DNA of 64,000 nucleotides, taken from contig JBHGNT010000004.1 of assembly GCA_043228905.1 (NCBI GenBank), forward strand, positions 20,832,001 to 20,896,000, read 5' to 3'. The notes under the pieces were generated by a model. The model had not been told where the DNA came from and made no database searches. It was given only the letters and a program-made list of their open reading frames with translations. Shown in pieces: positions 26,599 through 39,054 of this stretch. A program made the position numbers and the translations under genes. Source of the stretch: Azolla caroliniana (taxonomy: Eukaryota; Plantae; Polypodiophyta). How positions within the stretch are numbered: position 1 is the first letter of the stretch; the number at the start of each line of letters is the position of its first letter.

Positions 26599-26815
26599 CC
26601 CAGATGGATGTAGCTCAGTTGGTAAGGTTGCCCAATGGAGACCAGTAGGTCATGGGTTCAACCTCTACATTCCACAATGGCACCTAGTGAAATAGAGATA
26701 TATATGAAGTATATAATAGAAAGGTGAGGAAACTAGGTTTTGAACCCAAGACACAATGCTTGTAGTGTTATTGACTTACCACTAGGATAAGCTAATTACA
26801 ATAATAATATTATTA
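26599..26815. mobile_element. tRNA-derived SINE-like element with two convergent Pol III heads (copy 2)
   Basis: Plus strand: tagctcagttggtaag...gggttcaacc. Minus strand: tcctagtggtaag...gggttcaaaacc. (GA)n on both sides. Confidence 0.72.
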
Positions 26816-27248
26816 AAATAGAGAGAGAGAGTGAGTGTGTGTGTGTGTGTGTCGAGGGTCTTCAAATGGCAAGGTGTTCCATGCGTGGGGCAAAGACCCT
26901 CGCATATGACGAACGTAAAAAAACACGATAATGTACATATATTCATTCCGCTGCAAAAAACTGAGCTCAAAGCTCATCCTTGAGTACATACTTGATTTGT
27001 GGCCAATCTCTTGTTTATGAGTATGTACATATGTACTTCATTTTTGGGCAATCTCTTTTTTTGTTTAGGAGTAATTGATTGAATGGATGCAAGTGGTGGG
27101 ATTCGAACTTGGGATGTGTGTTATGAGGTGTGAAGGAAGAAAGACTACTACTAGTACTAACTAATACAGAGGGAGAGAAAAGAAACAGGATAAGGTCCTT
27201 CCTGGTGATAAAGAGGAAGAAGAAGGAGAAGAAGAAGAAGAAGGTCCC

Positions 27249-27890
27249 ATGGCGACCTTGCATTGCTCCGCGTATTCCCACACAACATTCATCTGCCCAG
27301 ACCAACTACGCATCCACAGAAGCATCACCAACCTATGTCACAGACAAGCTTCCGCCTTCCTTATGCCTCCTCTTTCTAACCCTAACATCCTGCGATCTGA
27401 TCGCCTGATTTACAAGCAGCCCTCTGCAACGGCTTTTTCATTTTCATCGAGAAATAGCTCAGAAGAAGAAAGAGAAGAAGTCTTCTTCGATGGAGGACCT
27501 CACATAGGTGATCTCGCAACAAACCTTGTCTTCGGCTTATCGTTAGTGTGGCTTCCTCTAACCTTAGCCTCTGTTTTCAGAGCTCTTTTTCTCCGATATC
27601 GGTTCACGAATCTTCGTGTCACCGTGTTGTCTGGCCTCGCGGGATCAGAACGGAAAGACTTCTCATATAATGTGATTAAAGATGTCAAGTATGTGCCTCG
27701 ATTCATCGGTGAATGGGGAGATGTTGTCATCACTCTCTCTGATGGTACTCAAGTTGAGCTTAAATCGGTACCGAAATTTAAAGAGATCGCGCGGTATTGT
27801 TTAGATAGAGTGGGTTCGGATAGAGATAGAGGGGATCGGAAAGAAGAAAGGAGCTTTGGACCTGGGAAAGGTATCACTACCAGGATGTGA
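27249..27890 (+). CDS. Probable chloroplast-targeted bacterial PH-domain (bPH_2/DUF304-like) membrane protein of cyanobacterial type
   Basis: 213-aa single-exon ORF; Ser/Thr-rich transit-peptide-like N-terminus; core FFDGGPHIGDL-TM-LRYRFTNLRV...EWGDVVITLSDGTQVELKSVPKF. Confidence 0.85.
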   Translation: MATLHCSAYSHTTFICPDQLRIHRSITNLCHRQASAFLMPPLSNPNILRSDRLIYKQPSATAFSFSSRNSSEEEREEVFFDGGPHIGDLATNLVFGLSLVWLPLTLASVFRALFLRYRFTNLRVTVLSGLAGSERKDFSYNVIKDVKYVPRFIGEWGDVVITLSDGTQVELKSVPKFKEIARYCLDRVGSDRDRGDRKEERSFGPGKGITTRM

Positions 27891-30800
27891 GTTAGTCCTT
27901 CTGGAATCAGGAAAGGTGTGAAGATGAGAATTTTCATGAAGAAAGGAGAGTTCCATTGGACCATCATTCATCATCAACATTCACAGACTACATTGTCATT
28001 GCCATCATCATTGTTCGCGAACCATCATCAACAACATCATTCATTTGTCAATCAATCCTCTGTCACCATCATCAATCATGATCATGCCTTGTAAACATGT
28101 CTCGGCTTTTCCCTGTACATTAACAGAAGCATCAAGGCATGTTATTATTATTCCCTTCTTCTACTTTGTTGTTATTTTTGTGTATTGTCTTAGCTTTTCC
28201 AGGGATTTGTGGTTAACCTAGAGGTACACCTTACTCTTACTATGAGGATATCAGAATTTGGAAGCACCAAGTATGTACTTCTATTGCTTCTGCTCCTCTG
28301 ACCGCACTTCACAATGAGATTTACCGATGTATCATCATCAACTTTATCATTTGGAAATATCACTAATTCCTTCATTCACATTGTTAAGGGGACAATTCAC
28401 ATTTGTTATGGGGTCACTGGCTAAACAAGGGAATTCAACCATATGAAAGGACCTATTGTGTTTCTTATGTGATCATAGGCTTAACATCTTTAAATGCAAA
28501 CAATTTTGGGTCATCATTTTAATCTCTAGAAATGGTAGGAAGAAAGAAAACCTACCATATTAGATATATTTGAAATATTGTTTAATGGGAAAACCTTAAG
28601 ATATAGGAGTCCTTTTTGTCATGAATGAAATTTACCATTTCATATACATAATGTGATAGCAAGCATTTGATATTGTCAAGTGGGAAAAATCTAAGCTATT
28701 GGAGTCCAACTTTGCCAATAGTGATGAACCAATGACTAGTGCTCCATATGTATACAATATGGAGAGATACGTAGCACCAACCCAGGTATTTTCTTCTTTT
28801 GATTGTGTTTTGAGTCTCCTGTATAGCTTCTAAGTCTGATGTCAGTCCTTCAATTTATTATGTATCATCATCGTTTTTTATTATGTGCAAGGTTCACTAA
28901 TTGCAACAATTATTCCAAAAACATTCCTAATCTATTTTGTCACTAGATTTAGCATCTCTACCAGAGATTATCGAATATTCAGTGCTGACAATCAAGGTCA
29001 CTAAATTAACTAGGGGCGATTAAAGTAGTAGTTGGTGATGAATGGAAAATAAACATTTCCCATATGATGGAAATCACTCTTTGTTGCTCTTTATTTCAGA
29101 GGCGAGAACTTGATGATTTCAAGTATTTATCGCAATCATTTATTCATGTGTAGCATGGCTGATCTTGTTTCTACCTTATGGCCAACTAGAATCCATTACA
29201 TTTCTCAGCATTTTGAAAAGCTTTCTATGTCAAGGCAAAGGCAAAGGTCGTATGAACATACATGTCTATGTCTTGGGTTAATAATCCTAGAAGAAATAGC
29301 TTGTGAAACCCCCTCTTTCTTAGCAATCATTGGGGATGTTGGAAGCTCTATGATGGTATGAAGTGCAAATTTATGGTCGAGGCTTTTGATGTGGATAATT
29401 ATAGAAGAGATGGCATTGGACACCATCATATAGAAAGATGATGATGACAAATAACAACGACATGATAAAAGTCCATCTACTCTATAATTAATTATATTAA
29501 CAAACAAAAAAACTTGCCCATGTATGCCAACTTGTTTGTGTTTACATATCTTCCTCCCATTCATGCTCATAACATCCCATACTACCCTATTTGAGAGATT
29601 GGATGGCATAAAAGAAATTTAAACAAGGTTAACATAAATGATGCTAAATATATGATTCTCCTATTGTTCTTGGAGGTTGTGATGCCATCCTCGATCATGA
29701 TGCTCTAGTCCATCCAATTTACAAACAATGATCTCCAAGCCACTCATCGTGTACCCACTCAACAAATCAACACCCCCTCACACATAGTCACGCGTAAAAT
29801 TAATAAAGGAAATGGAAGAAGTGAGTGTGCATTATTAATATCTTATTATTGATTAAGGAATAGGAACGAAGTAAATACATACAATCGTCAGAGAAGCAAT
29901 ATGTTCTATCAAAGACCTACTACTTCACTTAGCACTACTTTTTTTTTCTTTCCAAAAAAGGAGCTACTTCCTGATTAGTTAGGGGAGAATTTTTTTTACT
30001 TCACTATACAAGTATATAAGTCGCAAAATCACCCCCCGGCCGAGTTCAAGAATATGAGACTATGCACATATCTTCTCTTACTTTCTACTTAATGCAATTA
30101 CGTATCTAGAGCTATAAACTAATGGCCATCATCACTTAGCACTACTTAATGTGAGGATGGTCTAAATTCACAATAACAACAAGAAAACAACCCATGTACC
30201 TGACTTGATGGTTTATATAGGGTGGGGTAGAGGATAGGAGAGCTCTCTTTTGACCCTCACAACTTTGCAATGCAATTACGATGTCCCTCGCCAAATGACC
30301 AACATTTTCAACTAAATGAATACTTGAAATTAAGGTTGATAAGCTTTTGTGAAATCCTCCCATGACCTACATTGCAGAAGAGCAACATGCTCACATTATG
30401 TCAAATAAAGGTGCACAATACAAAGGATAGTGGCACCCGTGGTGTGTGGGAGGGAGCTTTCCATGCTTGTAGAATGAAGAGGAAGAAAGGTGTACAATAG
30501 GTCATGACTCATAGGTAATATTTAATACTACTTAATCATAGGTGTACGCTCACACCACATGCTCCATATTGTTGTTCTCTATGCTACAAGGCATGTCATA
30601 ATCATAAATATTGGATTGATTACATTATGTGGATATCATGCAAATCTACACGGTGAAGCTCCAAAGTCTAGAGCAAGAAATGGATGAAAAGAAATGAAGA
30701 ACCACATATGGAGGAGAATCAGGAGATTAGGATAGGCAGTCGAATACTTCGCATGGCACAACACAAACATCGGTTCCTGAAAATTGGAGCACACATCACT

Positions 30801-31499
30801 GATAGGACATGATAGAAGTCAAGGGGCTAATTCACATACAAGCCAAGTTGAAAGAGCAGTAGTCGTAGAATGATGATAAGTAAGTGGGGGTGAAACGCCA
30901 CAAAAAACTAATTGGGGAAGCCTTCTCCTCCTCACATTCATTTGTTAATGCTCTATTCTCTCTCCGTCCTCGTAAATAATGGCTTTCATAACGAAAGGAA
31001 AAAAACATACCACCATGACGAACTTACAACAAAGTATAGAACCCTTCTAGGGATCTACATTCTACTACGACTACAAACTCAATCCCACCCTGCACACCAA
31101 TTTAAATGTCGAATACGATGATATGTGACGTTGCAGAGTTCTCGATCTTCATGGTTTGAGATTTTGTGACTTCTCTCGCAGTGTCAATTGCCACATAAGA
31201 AGTCCTTTTAACTTTACAACATATTTTCTCACCCCAACTTGCGAATCAAAAGTGAAGGCATTCCTCATATTTCATTTATTATAAAATTTTATTAGTGTCG
31301 AGTCCCTTTTTTATATCTAAGAAACTAAAAAGGAGGGAGTTCATCTACTCTCTTCTTTTTTTAAACTGAATACTCGACTATGCATTCTTATACGTATTCG
31401 TTTGCATTCGAATGGGAACCCCCACGAATGCGAATATGTTCGATGGAGTCACCATTATGTCCTTATAAATTGAATAGTCATGTCTCTGCCTTTTATTGA

Positions 31500-31635
31500 T
31501 TTATTTCTTGTAATTACTTTGCCCTAGTGGTAAGTTGTTTACACCAGTAGCACTACTACATTTTGGGTTCGATACCTAATTTTATTTGTTGATCTCTCTA
31601 TTACACCATAAATATCTCTTATTTCACTAGATGCT
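31500..31635. mobile_element. Partial inverted copy of the double-headed SINE-like element
   Basis: gtaattactttgccctagtggtaag...ttgggttcgatacctaatt...tatctcttatttcactagatgc is the reverse complement of ~26680-26800. Confidence 0.62.
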
Positions 31636-32162
31636 ACACCGCCATGGAAGCCATGGTTGGGGTACCTTCTACATCGGGAGCACGGGTCACACCCACACCC
31701 GAAACCCATTGACCTCCCACTTCTTTTCGAGAGGCTTGGATGGAAATGAAACCAGGCCTAGTACAAAAGTCATTTCCTTTATCGAATATGTTACGCGTGT
31801 GCAACATGTTTTGTACAAATACTAGAACTCTTTTAACGTAAGTTCTATTTTATTTATTTTTATTTGTATTTCGATGATTTGGGTAGACACCCTATTTTAT
31901 CGTACACCAATTGTCTCAATGGGCCAAAATTTTTGGCCTTAGAAGACGTTAATATATCTTTCTCTCTCTCTCTCGATCGATCGATCGATCGACAGAAACA
32001 GAGCATTTTTCTTCATACTTTTTGAAAACCCCTCCAAATTTTTGGTTGGAGGAGTGCAGAATATCTGTGTATGTAAGTAAAATGGAAGAATAGTCAAAAA
32101 ACGTTTGTTTTTCTCTGCAGGAATTCGAACTTCCCTCCTCAGACCCCGCCATCTCCATCGCC

Positions 32163-35100
32163 ATGTCCTCCACAGGTTTACTCTCTCTCTCTCTCTCTCT
32201 CCTCCACTCATCATTCCTCCCTCCTTCCCCTCTTATTCTTACCCTTCCTTCTGAACCCTTTCCGTTCACCCTAACTCTCAGCTTTGCTCCCTGTTTCTTC
32301 TTCTTCTTCTTTGCAAACAGATACGGTTTCGTACTACAGAAGACGCCCCAAGCCTCCTACTTTAAACTCAGAGTCAGAAAAGGGGAATGCAAACGAATCA
32401 ATGATACTCACAGACAGGTAGCAAGCATTCGAGGCATCTGCGTGAGAATACGCATATATATTTTCGTATTTATTTGGAACCCGCGTGTTTCTGTGCTTGT
32501 CAGGGTCTCTTATCTTAGTCTTATTCGGATATCATGATTTTATGGTGTTACAGGGATCAGGCACATGTTGAAAAACCTTCTCGCCGGAAGGATCGGTCCA
32601 GCTGGATTGACCATTCTCTTTCATCCAGGTGCAGAAAAATTCATATTTTATACGACATGAAAGAATGCAACATCACAAGAAAATTTATATTTTCCTTCTA
32701 TTGACAGAAGCAGGAAATGCACAGATGTGGTCAGATTCTCTTCATCAGTAGCAAGCAATCCAAAGGCAAATCAGAGGATTCTGTCTCCAAATGTGATTAT
32801 TATCAATTGGGCTATCGTGTATCCAAATGCATTTGTATCTAAGTAGACAAAAGATTGTCTCCAAATGCAAATGTATCATACAATAAAGAAAGAGCAATAT
32901 ATAAAAACCATAATGGCCTATGAAACCTCACAAAAATGACAACTTTTTATGTTAGGTTTGTCAATGCAAATGACAATAAGAATAGGTCTTTCTATTCTGG
33001 CTTCCTAAAACTAAACTGGTTGAATATATATAACCATGAAAGATCAACATCAATCGGAGTTGATGGTTGATCATTGCAACAGAATTTATAAGGAAAATGA
33101 TACACTCATTGTTTATTGTTATTTAAAAAATGTACATTCCTATATTATATTATATTATTTTTCAAGTCAATTCTTTCTCTTTGTAGGCCTGCCGGATCAA
33201 GAGAGTTTCAGCACCAGCAAACTTTGTGAAGGAGCAGAGGAATTATTTCGCAGAGGTTGATGCTTTTGAACTAGAGGAGGAGACTCCACCTTCTAAAGAG
33301 AGGTGGATGAATGATTTTAGTCACAGAGATACAGTTATTCCAGGAGTCGAGTTCTATAGCAGAGGTTTTCTTCAAGCAGTTGATGAAGATACCCCTGAGA
33401 AGAGAACTTCTCTTCATATTTCCCCTCAGAAAGATATTCTGAGACACATTCTTGAGACCCCATATTTGGATAAATCTAATGAAATTGATGTGGGGAATGA
33501 TGCCTTAAAAGCACAGGATTGCGAACCTGCATTGGAATCTGAATGCGTCTCGGAGTCGTTTACAAAAGGTAACTCTGCTACTCTAGTTGCCAGTTTTGAT
33601 AGTGAGAAAATGCCTTGCCAAGAAAGATGGTATTAATTGTCTGTATGATGCAGGAACGGTTGTACTATCTTCAACCCAAAAATATTGTGATTTAGAAGTA
33701 GAATGTGAACTGAACAATGCAAAGCAAGAGGAATGTGATTATGAATCTCTCACTAAAGACAAATGCAATAGTTATGGTGAGGAGAAACTGGCTTTACAAA
33801 ATTCTCGGAAAGATGGTCTTCATTGTCCACGTGACCTAGGAAAGACTGCATTTTCGTCAGCCCAGAACTGTTATAATACACAAGCTGAAAGTCACTTCAA
33901 TGCAAAGCAAGTGAATTGTGAGTTCAGCACTCATGGAGCTCTGAATGAAGGTAACCCCACAACTTTAAATACTGCTGATGGTGAGGACAAAATGATTTCA
34001 CAGGACTATATGAAAGATTGTCTTCATAGTCCATGTGATGCAGGAAAGTCTACACTATCCTCACCCCAAAACTGTTCTAATTCAAAAGCAGATTGTGAAC
34101 TGATACAGTCCAATGACAAGAAACTGCAATATGATAACCCTACTACTTTACCTACCGATGATGTCGAGGGGAAAACAAATGTTCAAAACTCAAGAAAAGA
34201 TGGTCTTTATTGTGCGTCTGGTGCAGGAAAACTTCCACTATCTCCGACCCAAAATTGTTACAATTCAGATGCCGTATGTGAACCAGCACTCTCTGATGTG
34301 AATAAAGTGAATTGCGAATATAACAGTCACAAATCTCTCAGAAAAGGTAACCCCACTGCTAAAATGTGCACTGATGATGAAGGGGAATTGATCATGCAAA
34401 ACTCTAGGAAAGATGGTCTGTGTAGTCCATGTGATGCAGGAATGACTGCAGCGTCTTGGTCTCAAAACTATGACATTTCAACTGCTAAAGCCAGGAGTGT
34501 TAGTGGATACCAGGGAGCAATGGGTGAAAAGGCTCCACATGTTATAAATCTGAACATGCCAGAATGTAAACTGATATATGCAAATGCAAAGCAAGTAAAA
34601 CATGGGTATGCTCCCTGTGGAACTCTCATTAAAGGTATCCACCCTAGTGTAATTACTTGTGATGCTGAGCAAAAGATGCATTTACAAGAATCCAGGAGTG
34701 ATACTCTTTATAGCCCATGTGGTACAGGAAATACCACACTGTCTTCAACACAAAACTGTTGTAGTTCAAAGGATAAAGGCAGTCTTCACTGGGAAACAAT
34801 GATTGAAACTGTTCCATTTGTTATGAATCTGGATACACCAGAACGTAAGCTAATATGCTCCAATGCAAAGCAAGTGAAATGTGAGTACAACACCTATGAA
34901 CTTCTTAATACGAATGATATGGTGAAGGATGAAAGCATGAGTGTGATAAGTAACCAGAGATCATATGGTCAAAGGATTCTAGACACTTTGGAATCTGAGC
35001 CAGTAGATGTATATGGAGAACAAATGAAATGTAGGTTTACTGCTGGGGCTTTCACAATTGATGACATGGTTTTGGATGGGAAAGATGAACATAGGTTCTT

Positions 35101-37312
35101 AGTTCCACCACAATGTACTAGCAGTCCAAGACAAGAATTGGAAGTAAATGTCTCCTGTGGACATAGTAAAAATTTCCATCTTGACGTGTCAGGTCTTACC
35201 CAAGAAATGAAAACTCTACATGTTCAAGAATGTCAAGGTCAAGACCTGTTGCAACAGTATGACCATTGTTCTCCAGAAAGCCTTCCAGATGTTGAGGGGA
35301 GTTCTGAACCCCCTCTGCTTGAACGTTTTCTAAAGAAATGTGGGCAAAAAGCACCTTTGAAGTTAAGGGAGGCGATCACAGAGTTTAGGTATGCCATTTT
35401 CTTTAGTTGGGAATTTGAGCGCTAGCTGTTTAAACAGCATTATGAGCATGGGAGTTTGTGATTTCAGTGATATGAAGGAAATCCGGAAATTAGGAGAAGG
35501 TACTTATGGAGAGGCATTTAAAGGAAACAACGTTGTATTCAAGATTGTTCCAATGGATGGTGATTTCCTGGTGAATGGGGAAACTCAAAAGGTTTGTGAT
35601 CGTGCATGTAGGAAAATCAGATTTGTTTGCTCAATGTAAGTAAGTCAACTTTCAGGAATTGATTGCTATTGCTGTTGCAGACTTCAACTGAAATGTATAC
35701 AGAGGCACTGCTCACTTTAACACTAAACAGACTCAGGGTAATAGAGAAGAGGAAGTCTGCTCTGCAACTAAACATCTGCAATAATTTTATAGAGACCAAA
35801 ACGTGACCTCTTATCTCTCTTATTTCCAGCTATATTCTGGACTCTCCCCCACCTAGAGTCTAACATTCTGATCCAACAGGGTAAGAGTTTGCCAGGGAGT
35901 GTATGATGAAGAGCTTATTGATGCTTGGGAAGAATGGGATGATAAGCATGGATCAGAGAATGATCATCCCAAGCTTTTTCCTGCAGATCAAGTAAGTCTG
36001 AAGTTTTTATAATGTACATTTTTTAGTTTTTGTTAACCTGCATCCACTCACAATGTCCACACATTAGTTGTACGTGATATTTGTGTTAGCAGATGGCGGA
36101 AAGGATTTAGAGAGTTTCTCTGTTAAATCCTATGATATGGCAAAGAGCATCTTGATGCAGGTTTTGTTTACTAATTTCGTATACAGTTGAGAACTTTCAT
36201 ATGCTGCATTCTGATGAAGAGATTGCTGGTAATGGCAGGTAACTGCAGCATTAGCAGTGGCTGAAGAGGATTGTGAGTTTGAGCATCGGGACTTGCACTG
36301 GTATATAGATCTTGGTTTATTGCTCTTTTGTTTCTGTACACTTTTTCTCCTCGTGAATTTACATTTTGCCTGTACTTGTTTGATGTGCATAGGGGAAACA
36401 TATTAGTTTCTCAAAGTCAACATGATGAAGTCCATTTCAAATTAGATGGGAAGGATATGCTTATAAAGGCACATGGGGTCTTTGTACAAATAATCGACTT
36501 TACACTCTCTCGTCTACACACTGGTAAGTGAAATGCTAAATAAATATCAAAGTGTTCTACGTGAGTTGATCTGTTATTGTTAAGGTATCTATCTTCATGC
36601 TATTTGTACAGGAAAGGAAGTCCTGTTTGCAGATCTCTCAGCTGATCCTGCATTGTTCGAAGGATGCAAAGGAGATGCTCAGGTGGTTGAGAACTTGAAA
36701 TTTGTTGTATGGATTTCAGGTTGCTGGTGTGGTTCTCTGATTCTCAGTGCATATTGCTCCCCATATTTTAGGCAGAAACATACAGGAAAATGCTGAACGT
36801 CACAAAAGGACAGTGGGGTAGCAGGTATTTCACTCTTTTAATGGCAGGCATGCTGCATAACTGAACATTTCTAGCAGATTTATCTGATGGATTACATTGT
36901 GCTAGCTTCTTCAAAACGAATTGTCATTGGCTTCAGTACCTCGTGGAGATTTTGGTGACCAAAAAACTTGCTGCTGTAAGTTTTTCTTCAGCTTTCTGAG
37001 ATCATTCAACACAATAAGACCTTACGCATTCTGTTATCTGCTTGATGTTAGATTCCGCGCTTATTGTATACTGAAAGTGTATTATAACTCTAAATTCTGT
37101 GTGAAGCATTTTTTCCCCTTTATTGATTTAAAACAGAGGGTTTTAGATATATTGGTCATAATTTTGCTCAGAATTATTTGATTGTGCAGAAAAAGCAAAA
37201 ATTACATCAAGACATTCGAGAGCTTCGTGCATTTAAGAAACGGATTATGTCTTATGATTCAGCAAAAACATGTTTACAGGAGGATGAGATATTTGAATCT
37301 ATAAGGAGGTAA
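32163..37312 (+). CDS. HASPIN: Haspin-family Ser/Thr kinase (multi-exon) with a large Cys-rich repeat insert
   Basis: Spliced N-terminus MSSTDTVSYYRRRP...RSSWIDHSLSSR; EQRNYFAEVDAFEL; kinase exons KLGEGTYGEAF, VFKIVPMDG, SENDHP, FEHRDLHWGNILV, IIDFTLSRL, QAETYRKM; stop TAA at 37310-37312. Needs an intron at 33569-33653 to stay in frame. Confidence 0.9.
33500..34900 (+). repeat. Coding tandem repeat of ~6 degenerate Cys-rich units inside Haspin
   Basis: Recurring motif GNPTT....D.E.K...QNSRKDGL.SPCDAGK..LSS.QNC.N in ORF 33587-35425. Confidence 0.88.
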
Positions 37313-37622
37313 AATATCAACCAATCATATCCTTACATGTTATGATGTCCACTCAAGGGATTCTGAGCCTCAAAGAAGGCAATGCAATGCAACAAAAGGT
37401 CTGTTTGCATATTTATCATCCCGTTCAGCTGTAAATCTACATCAGTGGACACCAAGGTTTGATGCGCAGTCATCGTGTTCGTGTAAAGTTAATCAACATT
37501 GTGGCAGTTTTAATTCTATGAAATCTTCTTTTGAAACTTAACGAGGGCCTTGTATTTTTTCCTTCCCTGCATGTTATTTATGCTTTTGACATTTGATAAG
37601 GTATTCTGGAAACAAGCCATGG

Positions 37623-37830
37623 GTTCAAAGAAAAGATCTTGAACCACAAACAAGCTTACCTTTTTTGTATGAACAAGTATGTTGCACATAATCACAAAAT
37701 CATATTCTTCGCTAAATAAAGAAGCCGTTCAAAGAAAAGATCTTGAACCACAAACAAGCTTACCTTTTTTGTATGAACAAGTATGTTGCACATAATCACA
37801 AAATCATATTCTTCGCTAAATAAAGAAGCC
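37623..37830. repeat. 104-bp perfect tandem duplication downstream of Haspin
   Basis: gttcaaagaaaagatcttgaacc...taaagaagcc starts at 37623 and 37727. Confidence 0.92.
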
Positions 37831-38985
37831 ACATATATCGATACATGTTAGAACCCATCCCATTGTTCGTGATCCAGACCATTGCTTCCATATGAAGTAG
37901 TTTGCACTTGCTTCAATATGAGATGGGATGTTGGTGCATAGGTGATGGAACTAGTTGATCATGCACATTCTGTCCTAAACAATTTTGAGAGCTTGAGTAT
38001 CATACATGATACAATTATTTCCCTTTGATAACATTTGACTACCATCTCCACATATCTTTGACCCAACCTAATACTTGCATGAGAGTAAGACTGCACTCTC
38101 TCAATTATGACATTCACATTGAGAGTTGCTACTTGCTTTAACGTGTATTATTATGAGAAAATGTTATATTTTCTCTTAAGTCATATTGGCCTTTGACAAT
38201 AATAAGAAAATATCTCACTTCTTTTTCCTCAATCTCTTTAGTTGTACCACACAATAACCACAAGAAATTAACGCTTATCTTCTCCCTTTCCTAGATTCCT
38301 CACTAAATGATCTATGTACAAAACCCACTACCACGCATGGAAATGTAAGTTGGTGGGGAATTGTAGCACAATGATGTATCAACAATCAGTAATTTAAAAA
38401 CCTATTACTACACAAGCATATGTTTGAATGGAAGAAACAAGAATTTCAAACACAACCAAATCCAAACCATCAACAAAAAGTTTGATTCGAATTTGATCAA
38501 ATATAAGGCTTGTTTTAGAGATGCCTGACTCTTCTTATGTGGTCGGCTTCTCTTTTTGGTCATTGGACTTAATGACTAATTTGTCCACAATACAACAAAT
38601 ACACCATTGCTTTCAATAATTTCAAATCCAAATGGGTTGTGGTGTTGCTTTCTTGCTTTACCAATATTTTCAAATCCAAATTGGTCGTGATACTTGATTT
38701 TCATGTTGGCCCACTAGTATGACTATAAAGAAACAATTCATTCTTTTTATTGTTAAGAGGTGGTTGTGATTTGAAGAGCAAAGTAATATGACGACAATGA
38801 TCATCATTGTCATCGTAGAGTATAGAATGATGTATGTGTATACAAGTGTGTATAGAGACTTATCCTTTCATAGAAGAGGTCAATCATGGATAGCACTATC
38901 ACTATAGTTTGACAGTGATGAGCATGATTGATCCGGCTAGTGGTTATGAATTGGTATGAATCACTAAGAATGTCGTATGTGTACG

Positions 38986-39054
<69 letters not shown>

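Noticed and set aside
26605-26674. Functional tRNA gene
   Set aside because: A and B boxes are present but there is no consistent anticodon arm; it is part of a dispersed repeat with diverged copies.
28100-31300. Hidden gene or transposase between the bPH gene and Haspin
   Set aside because: Only short ORFs with no motif I can recognise; may be a decayed repeat and needs a TBLASTX/HMM search.
33587-33640. Programmed ribosomal frameshift in Haspin
   Set aside because: No clear slippery heptamer; an 8-nt deletion plus an 85-nt GT-AG intron explains the frame change more simply.
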